Below are positions 37,480-50,800 of a stretch of DNA of 64,000 nucleotides, in pieces (position 1 is the stretch's first letter; each line of letters begins with the position of its first letter). Source of the DNA: Balanoglossus misakiensis (lineage: Eukaryota; Animalia; Hemichordata); NCBI GenBank assembly GCA_040954595.2, contig CM082593.2, positions 652,759 to 716,758 on the forward strand, in the 5' to 3' direction. The notes under the pieces were generated by a model. That model worked only from the letters and a program-made list of their open reading frames with translations. It was not told the origin of the DNA and ran no database searches. A program made the position numbers and the translations under genes.

Positions 37480-38160
37480 GGTTAATTGTCATATGTAGGC
37501 TATACGATCGGCTATATCTACTTGTTAGTAGGTCTAAACTCTCTGTTTCTCTCTTGTTGAAGGTTGCCACAGTTGTATCTTGCTTGCTCGTGGGTAGCTT
37601 ACCCTTTAACGGCAAGAAGTTGAAGCGTGTAATATGTTGGGATGTTTATAATTCTCGACCAAGGCTTGAAACCTGTGTTCGAACATATCTTCCGAGCAAG
37701 TTACGTGAAAATCTCTATAACAGACTTGATTTTGTACATAATTGAATACACATGGGGTAGTTTTAATGCATTACATTATCGTCGCGAACACATGATCACT
37801 GCAAACGTACTGCGTTTTACGGTATAATAGAACAAGAATCGGATTCGTATTGCAGTTCACATCGGTACTACAAATACTTCCTAAGTCGTAAATACAAACA
37901 TGTTGTTATCTTTAAAATTATTTAACAACGGTTATACTTATTGTATCCATGATATCTTTGAGTTATTCTGCCCGTTAATAAAATATCTGCACTTAAACTG
38001 AAGCGACGAGACTTAACGATCCGAACCTAACTGTTATTCAGTTGCTGTCTCAATCACCACCTTGGCGTCGTGGGATGAGACTGTCCATCACTGTTGTGTT
38101 TATGTAGGCTAGCAGAACCTTCCTCGAAAATCAACTGATAAAATACGCCAGGTTTCAGTC

Positions 38161-40767
38161 ATGGCGGACAGGCTGAAGGCTATGAGAGAACGCTCAAAGC
38201 AGCGACGGGAAGTCCTTGCAAAGGTGAGTCGCGATAAGCATATGCGCTTTGTTGCTCAATCAATGCTCAATATAGTTGGCAAAGAATGATACAGTCAGTA
38301 TTCAACAGCATGGCTAGTCCGCCAACTCATAATTTGTGTTTGATGACTTTCAGCTCGGTGCTATAGATACGACTAGTGCCAAGTCACCATCAGGCAAAGA
38401 TGAAAATGAAGATAAGACAGAGAAAACTGCCAGTGATCCTCTTCTTGGGTAAGTCTTCTTTTTACAAGGTTCTCTCAGCGCTTGTCAGTGATGTTCCTTA
38501 ACAAATTGACAACTTTTAATGCATATGTTGTCTTGATGAACTGATACCAGGTCTCCAGATGCGATCAACACACCACCTGCCAAGAGAAGAGCTGTGTCTA
38601 GTGAAACTACAGACAGTTTTACCCCAGGTGCAAGTTCCAGCCAGGTAATGACATTTGAACTTACTTTACACTTCTGTCCTGGTGTAAAAAGTAATAGAGA
38701 TTGAGTTGTAAATCAAATCATCTACTCAGTAATGGTGATAGTGGACAGAAATTGTAACCGATTTCTCTGGTTCATATATTTGCAGGTTTCAGAGTTTGAA
38801 GAAGAGCATGCTGAACAAGAATATCTTGATTCCAGTACTTTCCTAAAGGTATATATGATTACAGTTTAACATATTGTCCTTTATCAAAAGTACATTTACA
38901 CTTACAGTTAAAATCAAGACGATGCATTTATCAAACATGTGGAGATAAATGCTAAATCTTGTCATATTTCTATTTTTTTTTTTTTTTGACAGGGAACACA
39001 AAGTGCCAATCCACATAATGATTATTGCCAGCATTTCCTTGACACTGGTCAGAGACCTCAGAATTTCATCCGTGATGTGGGTAGGTCATCTCTTAATATA
39101 TTAAACACATGATGTTATTATTTTGTATAGTATCTATTCATATATATTCTTATCAGTGTTTACAAAAAGATATGTTTTGTTTTGCTACAGGCCTTGCAGA
39201 CAGATTTGATGAATATCCAAAGTTGAAGGAACTGATTCGGCTGAAAGATGAGCTCATTGCTACAACCAACACACCACCAATGTAAGTGGTTTTGACACAT
39301 ATTTCATTAGTGTGCATAATATAACAAGCTAGAAAAAGGTAGAAATGCCCTTTGTTAAACATTGACTTTTATTCCCAGGTATCTGAAATGTGATTTGGAG
39401 ACATTTGACCTCAGACAGTTGGACATGAAATTTGATGTGATACTTCTGGAGCCACCATTGGAGGAATATCAGATCAGGCCAGGTGTTATGCCATACCAGA
39501 AATTTTGGAGCTGGGAGGAGGTAAGAAGTTTGCTACTATAATTAAATGAACAATACTTGGTCTACTAAACATAGATTTCTTCATGCTATACTTAGAGTAA
39601 CATCATATTTTGCAGAAGTAGATGTATGATACCATGCACAAAATAATGTCCATATCATATTACAGCGCCCTCATTAGGAGATTTTTACTGTACCGTTTGT
39701 TTTCCCCATGCAGATATCAAAACTGGACGTTCCATCTGCGGCAGCTCACAGATCATTCATATTTCTATGGTGTGGCTCATCAGATGGTCTGGATGAAGGA
39801 AGAAAGGTCTGTCTGTGTTATTTATACCTTGTAAGGAATGGCAGAATATAATCATGAAGAAAAGATAGTTCATTATCTTATCTGCCATAGAAGTAAGATT
39901 ATCTTGTATTGCATATTTGCAGTGTCTCAAAGATTGGGGTTACAGAAGATGTGAAGACATTTGCTGGATAAAAACAAACATCAAGAATCCAGGTCACATC
40001 AAAGATTTAGAGCCTGGTGCTGTCTGTCAACGGACAAAGGTGAGATGTGAGTTTTATAGAGGCATTGTGGCTGCGATGTGCTCTTCCTGTAGAGCTGTGC
40101 TTAAAATTGTTCATATTTATTTTGATCAACAGGAGCACTGCCTTATGGGTATAAAAGGAACAGTCAGACGGTCAACAGATGGTGACTTCATACATGCAAA
40201 TGTTGATTTGGACGTCATCATCTCGGAGGAACCCAAGTCTGGAAGTCTAGAAAAACCGGTCGAAATATTTCATATTATTGAACATTTCTGTCTTGGAAGG
40301 CGTAGACTACATCTGTTTGGAAATGATGCATCATCCAGACCAGGTAATGTGGAGAGTGATGGAAAATTTACTTCCCTTTTCATTTATGCCAGAAAGCAAA
40401 AAACACACCGAGCTTTCATAAGTATTACTCTCCATCAAAAACTTTCATTGCTTTTCCTGTTACAGGTTGGTTGACTGTGGGCCCACAGCTGACAAACAGC
40501 AACTACAACAGTGAATCTTACAAGTCCAACTTTGTGAAAAACCCCAACGGTCATCTCACCGGCTGCTCTGAGGAAATTGAAAGACTCCGACCCAAATCTC
40601 CTCCCCCTAAAATCAAAGGAGAGGGGCAAGGTCCAGGAGGCAGGGGTGGGGGTCGTGGAGGACCTGCTCAACAAGGAGCATGGATGGGAGGCAGAGGGGG
40701 TCCAAGGAGGGGGGCATTTGGGGGGAGGGGCAGAGGTATGCCCAGGGGAGGATTTCAACAAAGATAG
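38161..40767 (+). CDS. METTL14: m6A methyltransferase non-catalytic subunit METTL14
   Basis: Exons 38161-38223, 38354-38448, 38551-38644, 38786-38848, 38993-39080 ([15 protein letters not shown]), 39191-39281, 39379-39520 ([13 protein letters not shown]), 39714-39806, 39923-40039 ([15 protein letters not shown]), 40133-40343 ([25 protein letters not shown]), 40466-40767 (RPKSPPPK and RGG tail). Confidence 0.97.
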
Positions 40768-41868
40768 TGACTGTCATTATTTTTTTAACATTGCTGCTGG
40801 ACACATAACTTGCTCAAGCTGATTAAACTTTGGGAACATAAAAGAAAAATCAATATTTTTAAAGTGTCTCGCTACATTCTGATGCATTAAAAACTTCATA
40901 TTGTCAACTTATTGATGGAATAATGGACATTTTACTACGATGTTATTAAAGATTGATTCACTGTATCTAAAGTGCTTACTGGTATATCTGTGTTTTCTCT
41001 GAAATACCATCTGAGCTAACTGGGTTATTAGTTTTTTGGGTGTCAGCAAATATACTATAGAGCATTTGACCTGGTTTTACTCTATTTGTGTGAATTTCTG
41101 AAGGTAGATTTTTAAAACCAGGTCTGTACATTTGAAGACCTGCAACTGGTTTAGAGACAAGTGAAGCCTGAGTTTCAATCAGAGGGGGACTGCACAATCA
41201 ACCTAAAAATTACAAGTACAAACACCCAAAGAGACAAATTTCAATCATCCTGTGTGACAAACCTTTGCTTATTTTGCTGTAGTGGTGATTCCAACAATTG
41301 CTTGAACCACTAATCCATTTTATCCTCACCAATAGTGAATATAAGTTACCTTTCACTAATCCATGAAATCTATGATCAGACCAGGGCCACAGCTTTCACA
41401 TGTAACAAAAGTCTTTCTAATCACGTTCTGTGAAGGGTGTTATTTTCTACAGATTTCTTTGATTATTGAATTTAATTTTATAGCAGAAAGTATTGGCCTT
41501 GAGAAGATTAACTGATTAAAATTTCTTGTCAGCCACAATGTGCTTTTCTTCCTGAATTCTTGTTGCATAAAAGAAAAGCATTGCTTAAAACTTGTAGACG
41601 TCATCACCTTGCCTGCTTTTCATTAAAATGAGCGCAATGTATTAGGCCACACAAAAATAGTTGTGTGGTTCCTATAACCCAATCTGCTGTTAATTTTGTC
41701 AAAAAGTTCTCCGTATATATCAAAGTAACTCGATCTGCCCACGTACATTTCACGAACCCGTTTTATACAGTCTGCTAGGGGGTCCCTCATTCCACGCAAA
41801 TTTACAGTGATACGAGGAGTCTTACTACGATTTCATTCATAGCAGCTGCTAGCAGACGACCGAGAAGA

Positions 41869-44800
41869 ATGGCTGTGTCATCACCGTTTTGCCGAGTTTT
41901 TACAAGATTCTGCAGATCATTGAGCAGTGCAGCACTGAAACCAGCCCGAGATGTTCAACAGAGGTAAGAAACCAAAAGGCTAGACGAGATTTTTCTACAA
42001 AAAATACCGTTTATCACGCAAAGGTTCGAGCACGCGATGAAATTTTTTTCTCCAGCCCAAAGATGAAATTTTGAAGCTGTTCACAAACGAACCAGCTCCG
42101 CACCGACGAGAGATTTTGGGATTAGTCACGGCATTTTGGTCAGGTCGATCAGGTCTGACAGCTACCGAACGGAATATATGCCAAAGTTATTAATATTGTC
42201 CATCCATCACTTCGATATTTGCGACCATCCGGCAGCAAGTAAAGATGATGTAACCGACTACACTGCGCGCACACACGCGTGATACCCTGTCGCTTGCAGA
42301 AATAAATATACTGTACGTGTCACACTTTTACTCAGTATTTATGACAAGTTAGCGAGCACACGAGAGAGAAAAAAGCGCGTTCTATATTGGACAAATGTTT
42401 TGAAATACACATCTTTCGAAAATTTCTCCCCGCATCATATTTTGTAGTGTATTTTATCAACCGACAAGTTTTGCGGGTTGTTCGTTTCTCCTCTCGACTC
42501 TGGCAACTGACATGACTGAACCGTTCACGTTATTTTCGTTCACGTATCTTTTTTTCCTTCCATAATATCTGTTCCATAATAAATTTCATGATTTACAGAA
42601 AGGCAGAGTGTAGTGAGAATATTGCGCATATCGCGTCTTTTATACAAGACTGAGAAGAATCGGAAGTTTGTCCAAAGTGTGCTTGTTTTCATTATTTCAT
42701 AGAAATGTACAACTGTTTTGATAATAAATGTCTTTCCATGGAAGCAATTTCAATGCATGATAAACGTACTCGAAGAAATGAAATGGTTCACATTTACGTT
42801 TTTGTTCTGGGTCTTTAAATGTGCATGTCATTGTACGGGTTAAATATATGGATTACAGTGGTTTTGTTTGAGGTTCACCTACCTCAGGCTTTATAATACA
42901 TTTCATTCTGAGCTGACAATAGTAACCTTTAAATATTGAATTTAAGTAACTTATAGCAATTTCAGTTTCAATGTATGGTACGTCCCTCCGCATGGTGGTA
43001 AAAGTAAAGTATGGATGATGCAATGCCAGCGTACTTGCCGCACAGTGCCCACGTACACGAATTAACCCACTGTTGGCATAGTGTTTTTAAAAGGACGCTT
43101 GGATTGCAGACGGGCTTTTCAATGGGTATTTAAATTTGTAAAGTGCGGTGTATGCATGATGCAATAGCACTTTCTGTGTACTTGACACAGTGTTTGACCT
43201 TTTGGCATTGAAAGAATTCTCTCTTTTTTTGTCAGAATTATTAGTCATTTTCACCAAGCTTTTTCATATAGATACATGTACAATGTATTATACTACTATA
43301 GTCAGTCTATTGTCAGCTTTAATTGATGTGGTCTACCCTTCTAAATTTAAAATACTATTAGTTGCATATGCTGCCAGTTACATTCAGGCCAAGGTAATGG
43401 TTAATACCGACCTTGGAAACTTTAACTGATAAATTCTGCAAAGCAAGAATGTCACTTTACATCAGACAGAATACAATTAAGATTCTGTTGTGGATGATAG
43501 AAGGTTTAATCAACTTATTTCTGTATTATTATGTTCATTCAGAAATAAAGAAAGTTCCCATTTCAACTTGTTGATTTCAAGATAAACTTGTGCCCTTGTC
43601 CATTGCAAGGCCACAATCAAAATATTTGACAGTAAAATAGTCCCATCTCGATTAGGTTAGAGTTGACTTCAGAAAGGAAATGAAATACAAGTTAACCAAT
43701 GAATTGAAAGTGGCAGTATAGGATTGGATATAATTTTTAAATGTAACATTAATGGTGTTTACTAGGATGTGAGTTTTAGATACAGCTATGTGTTTCATTA
43801 ACATGTACCATTGTAATACTTTACATGACTATTGCATTAAACGTTCCTGCATACATACTTTAAATTTCATGTTTCCTATTCAAATTATGGACAAGGATTG
43901 CTGTCTAATGTCCAATGGTAGTTATGGAAGAATTTCAATCCATTAAAGAATGATGGTATTATACCTTTTGATCATAATGAAGATTTTATTTGAAAATTAA
44001 TCTTTCCATACAGTGCGTAGCAAATAACATGCAAATCGACATCTTTGATATCACTGCAAGTTACTTGTACACCTTTACATTTTCTTAAGGAGGTGGCATT
44101 ATTTCTGTGATGCAAAATAAGAATCGTAAGGCATAATAGTTAGTATAGATAAAGTAAATCACAGAAAATCATTGAAGGCCAAATGTCAGAAGTACGTACG
44201 GTAGTTGCCAAAAATATCTTTGAATTCATCATTTTGGAACAAAATAGATTTTCCTTCAATCTTTTATCCATTGTTGCAGATAGAAAATCACTGAATGAAG
44301 ATTCGTGATCAATTCTTGTCAGTCATTCATGTCTTTGACTGCACATCAAAGCTTATTTCTCCAATCAATACATGTCGACTGTAGATAATCAAGAAATAGA
44401 GATTGCATAGCAGGCTATGACGCATTAAATTCATACATATCTTTTACTCTGAAGAAATGATGTTTTACTTCATTTATTGATATTTCTCTAAATATTATAA
44501 TTAAAGTTGCATATTTATTCTGTTCTATATGCCGAGGTCCTTATTTCCCACTGGTAAAGTCATAGCTTTTTGTATTAGTATTCTGTATTCTTTAATATGA
44601 AGGTTCATATCGACTAGTGAGGGAATGTCTGGCAGGCCTTTCCTGTTACAATACAGAGAAAAAAGACTGACGTTAACATTTAGATGCCTTCATCGAATGT
44701 AGTGCAGTCACTCAGTCTATTAACAGGGTACAGTGCTTGCCAATGATACAAGATGTACTGTGCATGCGATGGTTCCATGAAGACTATCACCACGGGCAGT

Positions 44801-47800
44801 ATTTGATCAAACCACACTCATCTCAAAGTTCATTTGTGTCAGTGTGCCCCCATCCCGCTGTTCACATCAATAAGGAAAGTCAAGAAAGTGTCATTAAAGT
44901 GTAAACAGTTTTGACTTGATGTACATCAATCACAGAAACCCACACAGTAACAAGCACAGTGTTACACAAAAACAAAATCTCTGTGATTTCTGACATCAAT
45001 TATAGCAGTGGGAAGTTTAACCCCAATCATTTTTATCACAATCTTCACCATCGGGTGGTTGAAGATAACTGTGAAATAAAAAAAAAATACAACAAAAGTA
45101 CCTGGTAACCCAGTATTGTGTGCCATCAACTGAGTTGCATCAAAATCATTTTCACTTTCCTCCTTTTTTGTTTAACTCCAAAAGATTGATTAATTTCCTT
45201 TTTCAGTCCAGTCTCGATATCTGAGCTTTGTTGCTGAAAATGAAATTTCATTCAATTTGGACATTTCCTGAGAACAGATTACAGCTTGGAACAAGTGATA
45301 TGGAAAATGGATGTCTTACAACTGCAAGATGCTTTACTTCCTCTGGCTTCTTTAATCTAGTTGGTAAATTTACCAATTGAGTTCAGGAAAAGTTTGTGAG
45401 TATAAATGTACTGCACATTCCTGATCTTCTTATCTTTTCTCATCTTCTTTATCTCATGTGTAAAGATTTTTGTCAAAGTTTTTATGCTCCATAACGTGAA
45501 GAATGTTTTGTCAACTCTTTTTAATTCGTAGCCTCAGTGCTGAAATTCAATTAAGTAAAATCCACATATGATTGATTTATTTTAAGTGACTTCTAACCAG
45601 ACAAGAATGTGAATAAAGAGACACATCTCTTTCAGAATTTCTTTCATTGTCAATCTGAGGAACTTTGGATACACCATGCCCTTGGGGTTTTGAGTGTAAC
45701 AGCTTTAGTTTCACATCAGTGATCAGCCATTTGGAACCAGTCGTCCCAAATGCAAAGCACATCCTATAAAAGTGCTTTATATGGCATCATACACTATACA
45801 TTGAATTCATTATCGGGTTTAACCATCTGTAACAGGTGAAGACAGCCAGTCCAAGACTCAACCGAACACAAGAAAAGTCACTCTCTTTTAAAGAAATCAA
45901 CCGATAAAAACTACTCATGCTGAAGTTATTACTGTGGGAAGTCTCGTTTAATGAGAAAAGGAAAATAGAAACTAAAAATTGTAGTCCTCATGACAACTTT
46001 TACAATTTTATCTTTGAAAGCTCTCTTGGAAATTAACAATTTGTATGTGCACAGAATAAACCATAAAATCTCTCTGGGTCTTCTATGGATGAACTTTGCA
46101 TATTCTCTCATGAACATTTTCCTTTGAATAGTCTGAATCTCAAATTGTTGTGTATAATTCCTGAACATAATTCCAATAATGTTAGAAACTGTATCCAAGC
46201 AAAGGGCAAATTTTGCCCCAAAAAGTTCAGTTTATAATCTCCATTTCAGTTTATATATAAGGGAAAGGAGACTTTTATATTAGATGTTTTTATCTTTAGA
46301 AACGGCATATCCTGCCAGTAATAGCATCTCCTACCTGAAATGGAAGTAGAATCATTCTAAAGAAAGACTTTTCACTGAAATCTGATCAGCAAGTGCTTTC
46401 TATTACAATTGATAATGCAATATCATGTACATAGTAGATGAAATCTCACAACAGACTGTCAATGCCATTTGTGACAGATTTTCAAGTATGAAGTTTTCCT
46501 TTTGTGTCCAAGACAAAATGTCAATTAGTAACGCTGGTATTGAACTTGACTTAGCCGATTCAAAATGATAGCATTTGCACGTCAGTAAGCATTACCAAAT
46601 TCATTGAGTGAAGAAATTGACGCAAGTAGCACTTTTCTCAAACAAAGCATACTAAACATCTTTACAAAAATTCAATTTTTTGCCTTTATTAGAGTCCAAC
46701 AAAGCAAATCCAGTCAATTAATAGATGCTTTGACTCTTTGCCATTACTTCGAAATTGAAAATCTCATTCACAACTTCAACATGAATGAAATCGTTTTGTG
46801 TCAACATAGAAATGCAGTTATAGATGCATGGACTTTTCATGAAACAAAAACGATACGCAATATAAAAGGTAGAGCTATTATGCTGCTATCTGACACATAA
46901 TGGCATGAAACATAATTTCCTGAAGAATAAACAGTCGGTGTTCCGAAAAAAACATAACTCTGACGTATGTTGTACATTTCTTGATGATGAAATTTACACT
47001 TAAAAAGTTTTAGGGGTGACGATTGAATTATCTTAATCCACTCTCCGAGAACTTTATGTCAGTTTTGGTTTGAATCAGCCAGCATTGATTGCTTGAACAT
47101 TTCCTTCGGGTTTCCACTCTCTCCATACTTGTAAGAAACTGTCCTCTGAAGGTTTTGTTCTGTTCCCAGTAAATGCCATGCAGTCAAAGCCCTTGAAAGA
47201 ATTTAAAGTCATTCAAGAGGGAAGGATTGTAATTATATCATAAAATGACGAAATCAAACTAACAAGCATCCACTTTATCTGCCATTGAGATTCTATCTCA
47301 TTATTTTTCTTCTTTGACAGTTATTTTCAGGTAACCGAAACGAGACACTCACCGGGTGAGTTCCTCCTCGAAATCATTTTTGTCCTTTGAGAGTAGTTTT
47401 TCATGTCACTGATTCTCAAACCACAATTTAATTCATACAATCATTTGACCGAGGGAGTTGTCAATATTTTTAATGAGTGGGTATGTTCTCCAACCGAAGA
47501 CTCACTCAAAGGCATGTCAGCAAAAAGTTGGTTATAGGCATTTATATATAGTATTGCAGTAATACAACACATTTGAACTGAAAATAATATTGATGTATTA
47601 GCAATCCAAACAGGAAAGAGTTAAATGAAGATTTTTTATTCATATCATCACAGCATTCAGCTGGTTGCCATTAATTTTATCCTTGCTGTAATTCACACAA
47701 ATCGTCAGTAAATTTTGCCCGTGGCGATGTGTGCGTCCATTGTAAAAGTCTCATTGATAACTTCTAGTGTTTACAGGAAGGAAATTCCTATGAACAAGTG

Positions 47801-50800
47801 AACAAAACAGCCTTACAATAGTTACATCTTTATTGGTTATGAATAACGTGGGATAATAACAGAAACACATCCTAAATAAATCCATAATAAATCCATGCAT
47901 ACTGCATAGTCTAAAACCTTGCTAGATATAAATTCCTGATTGCATTATCAAACACATTAAATTGTGAAAACAATATTTGAGTGTTAGCTGCTAATATCTT
48001 TTCCTATTAATATCTGATTTTTCCAACCACACATATTGAGTTATTGCGTTATTGTGACTAAATACTGCAGAGCGCTTTGTAAAGTCTTTAATAACAAATG
48101 GGAGATTATAAAAATCATTCTAGTTATAATTATGAAGTAAGTTTTAATCAAAATTAAACTGAGAATCAGGCGTTGTATAGTTTAGATTTCATACAATTTC
48201 AGAAACAAGCTGCATGACTAAAATGAAATGCGCATTATATTGAATTAGAAACAAGCGATAGAAATATACAAATTTTGCCTGGTCTAAAGAGACTGACATG
48301 GATTTTTAGAGGGAAGACACATGCCTAAACTAGGACAAGGCTCATAAAATTTATGGGAAAATTCAACAGTGATAATTCATGGCAGAGGGCACATTACGAT
48401 ACAAATGGCAAGAATAAAACATAATACCATTGATATGTTTGTCTGAAAGAGTAATAATTATATCAGGACTGGTACTATTACCGGTAGAAGTGTGTGTATT
48501 CCGTTTCTCACAATTATTTGTGTCTGAATCTATTTTTAATAAACCTAAAAATGAAAAAATAACATTGGAGTATGCTGTTACTATGGTAATGGTTATGCTT
48601 TTCAGTAGACGCTGACAGAAATGCAATCACTGGCAATAATTGGGGTGTCTATATTTTACAAAATTTATTTTGAACGTAGTAGGCAGCCTTATATCTGCTC
48701 CAGAGAGGATCATAATTTGTGCCAAGTTTGTCTGAAGGAGTACATTATAAGTTTCACACTTGAATAAACCAAGAATACAGCAAATGGTTTTGGAGCTCAC
48801 AAGGTGATATTTCAAGTGCACATTAAGGTCAAGGTGACATGATGGAAAGCTATTTTTAAATCCCAATTTAACTCAAAGTCTGTATAAGTTCAAGTTTTAA
48901 TCAATGTAAGTTTAGAAGTGTTTACATGTCAATCAACAAACTGATAATTGGTTGAGAAGAGGATTGACCAAAAGGATAACTATAAGCTCTTGGCATTGCC
49001 GTTTCGCCAGAACAGTGTTGTAGATTTATCAATATTTGACATACTTTTCAGTAATTGCCTGTCAGTGTCTTTCACACTTTCACTCTCACTTTGACAGAAG
49101 CAATGCAGCGTACAGTACTGTAGAATGGACCTATTTAGAAATGGGTTTCCGTGGAAATGAAAATCCTTCACTTCTTTCAGTTGTGATAAAAGAATGGGAA
49201 AACTGTCAGTCATATGAAACTAATTTCTGAAATAGAGAAATGAACTAATTAAGGTGTTACTAAAAAAGAAACAAATTACGTTTAAAACTTTGCATGTCTA
49301 ATTTCATGTAATGGTATTTATTTAAATACCTGATAAAAAAAACAAATATCACTGTTAAAGTGGTGGGTGGTTTTTGATTGAAGTCATCTGCCCACAAGGT
49401 TTTTCTAAACCTTTCTCTTTACTCTGTGTTTTATCTTTGAAATGTAATAAATTATCTTCATTGACAAGTTCCTTGTGTTGTTGCCTCCAAGCACTTCCCA
49501 TGAATGTTGATGAGATGCAAAGGTATGATTAGCTTCTTTTGCGATGCATCGTGATAAGAGTTTTAACTCAAGTCCCCAGCTGTGGTCCAGTACATGTTGT
49601 ACAGTAGTGATTCCTATCCCTGAGAATTGCAGTATATTGTCTCGCAGGACAGCAGCTTAAAGTCGTGTATTAGAAAGTGATTTTTCAAATAATTGACAAT
49701 TTCTTTCCCAAGTGACGTCAGCTTATATTTATTGGAAAGTTAGCATTGTGATAGCCAAATGTCATTTCATGGCATCATCAAGTTCCAATCATTTATCACA
49801 GTATAGATAGACATGCATGACATTTTTAAGCAACGGTAAATGAAAGGAACAGACTTATTAAAACTTAAAATCACACAATGAAGGAAGAGCACTTCACCAC
49901 GGTCACTCAACACACAGAAATTGTAATCACAGAAAAGCGTACTTTTTCCAGAAGTGTGAAATATATCAAAGAGAAATCATTAACAAACATGTTTTGGCAA
50001 TGACAATGCTCATAGCTGAAAGTTGGCGATCCAAATCTCCCCAAATAAAACCTGTACCAGTTACAATAGTGCACCGGAATTTCTTTCCGGTGAAGTTCTT
50101 TATTATGAAATATACAATGAAATATACATGAAGATTTTGTATGGATGCAATTTACATAGAAATAGATTGGTGGATGAACAGCCTGTGCAAAGTAAATTAC
50201 TTGTGATTATTATCTGTGCACAGGCCCTGTCGGGTTTCTTTTGAAATCCACAACACTTGCGGAAGACTAAAGATAAACCAACCAAACTGGCCAGAAAAGC
50301 AGAAGGAATGTATCTGGGTGATGGAAAAACTTAATGCACAGTATTCGCACTTTGTTCGAGGATAAAATAGACTTATTATTTTCAGGTTTCTTCAAAACCA
50401 CCATGCACTCTGACATTTTCAGGAGATGAAAGGTGAGAGGAAAGATACAATATTCAGGGAGATTTAATCAAAGTCCTCTGTCTGATGTGTTATCTGGATG
50501 TTTCATAAGGTGGACTTTACAGAGGCTTTAGTGACAGAGAAGTCAGCTTGTTGAGATTGTCCCGGCCGCCGGGATTGTAAAGGTGTGATTTGGATTTATC
50601 TGAACCTGTGAAGGTGAATTATTGGATTCTAAAATCCCTGAAGATGCAGGAAAAAAGAAGACAAGTGTTGGTGACGCCATCATCCTGAACTTTAGAAGTC
50701 CACAAACCTCTGATCAAAGAGTTGTTCCTCAGTAGCTATGCACTAAAGAGCATAGTCATCTACCTTAACATTTGAAGACAAAAACAGTTTAAGCGTCAGC

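Noticed and set aside
41642-41675. Small inverted repeat CCACACAA...TTGTGTGG upstream of MTHFD2 exon 1
   Set aside because: An 8-bp stem alone cannot support an ncRNA, terminator or transposon call.
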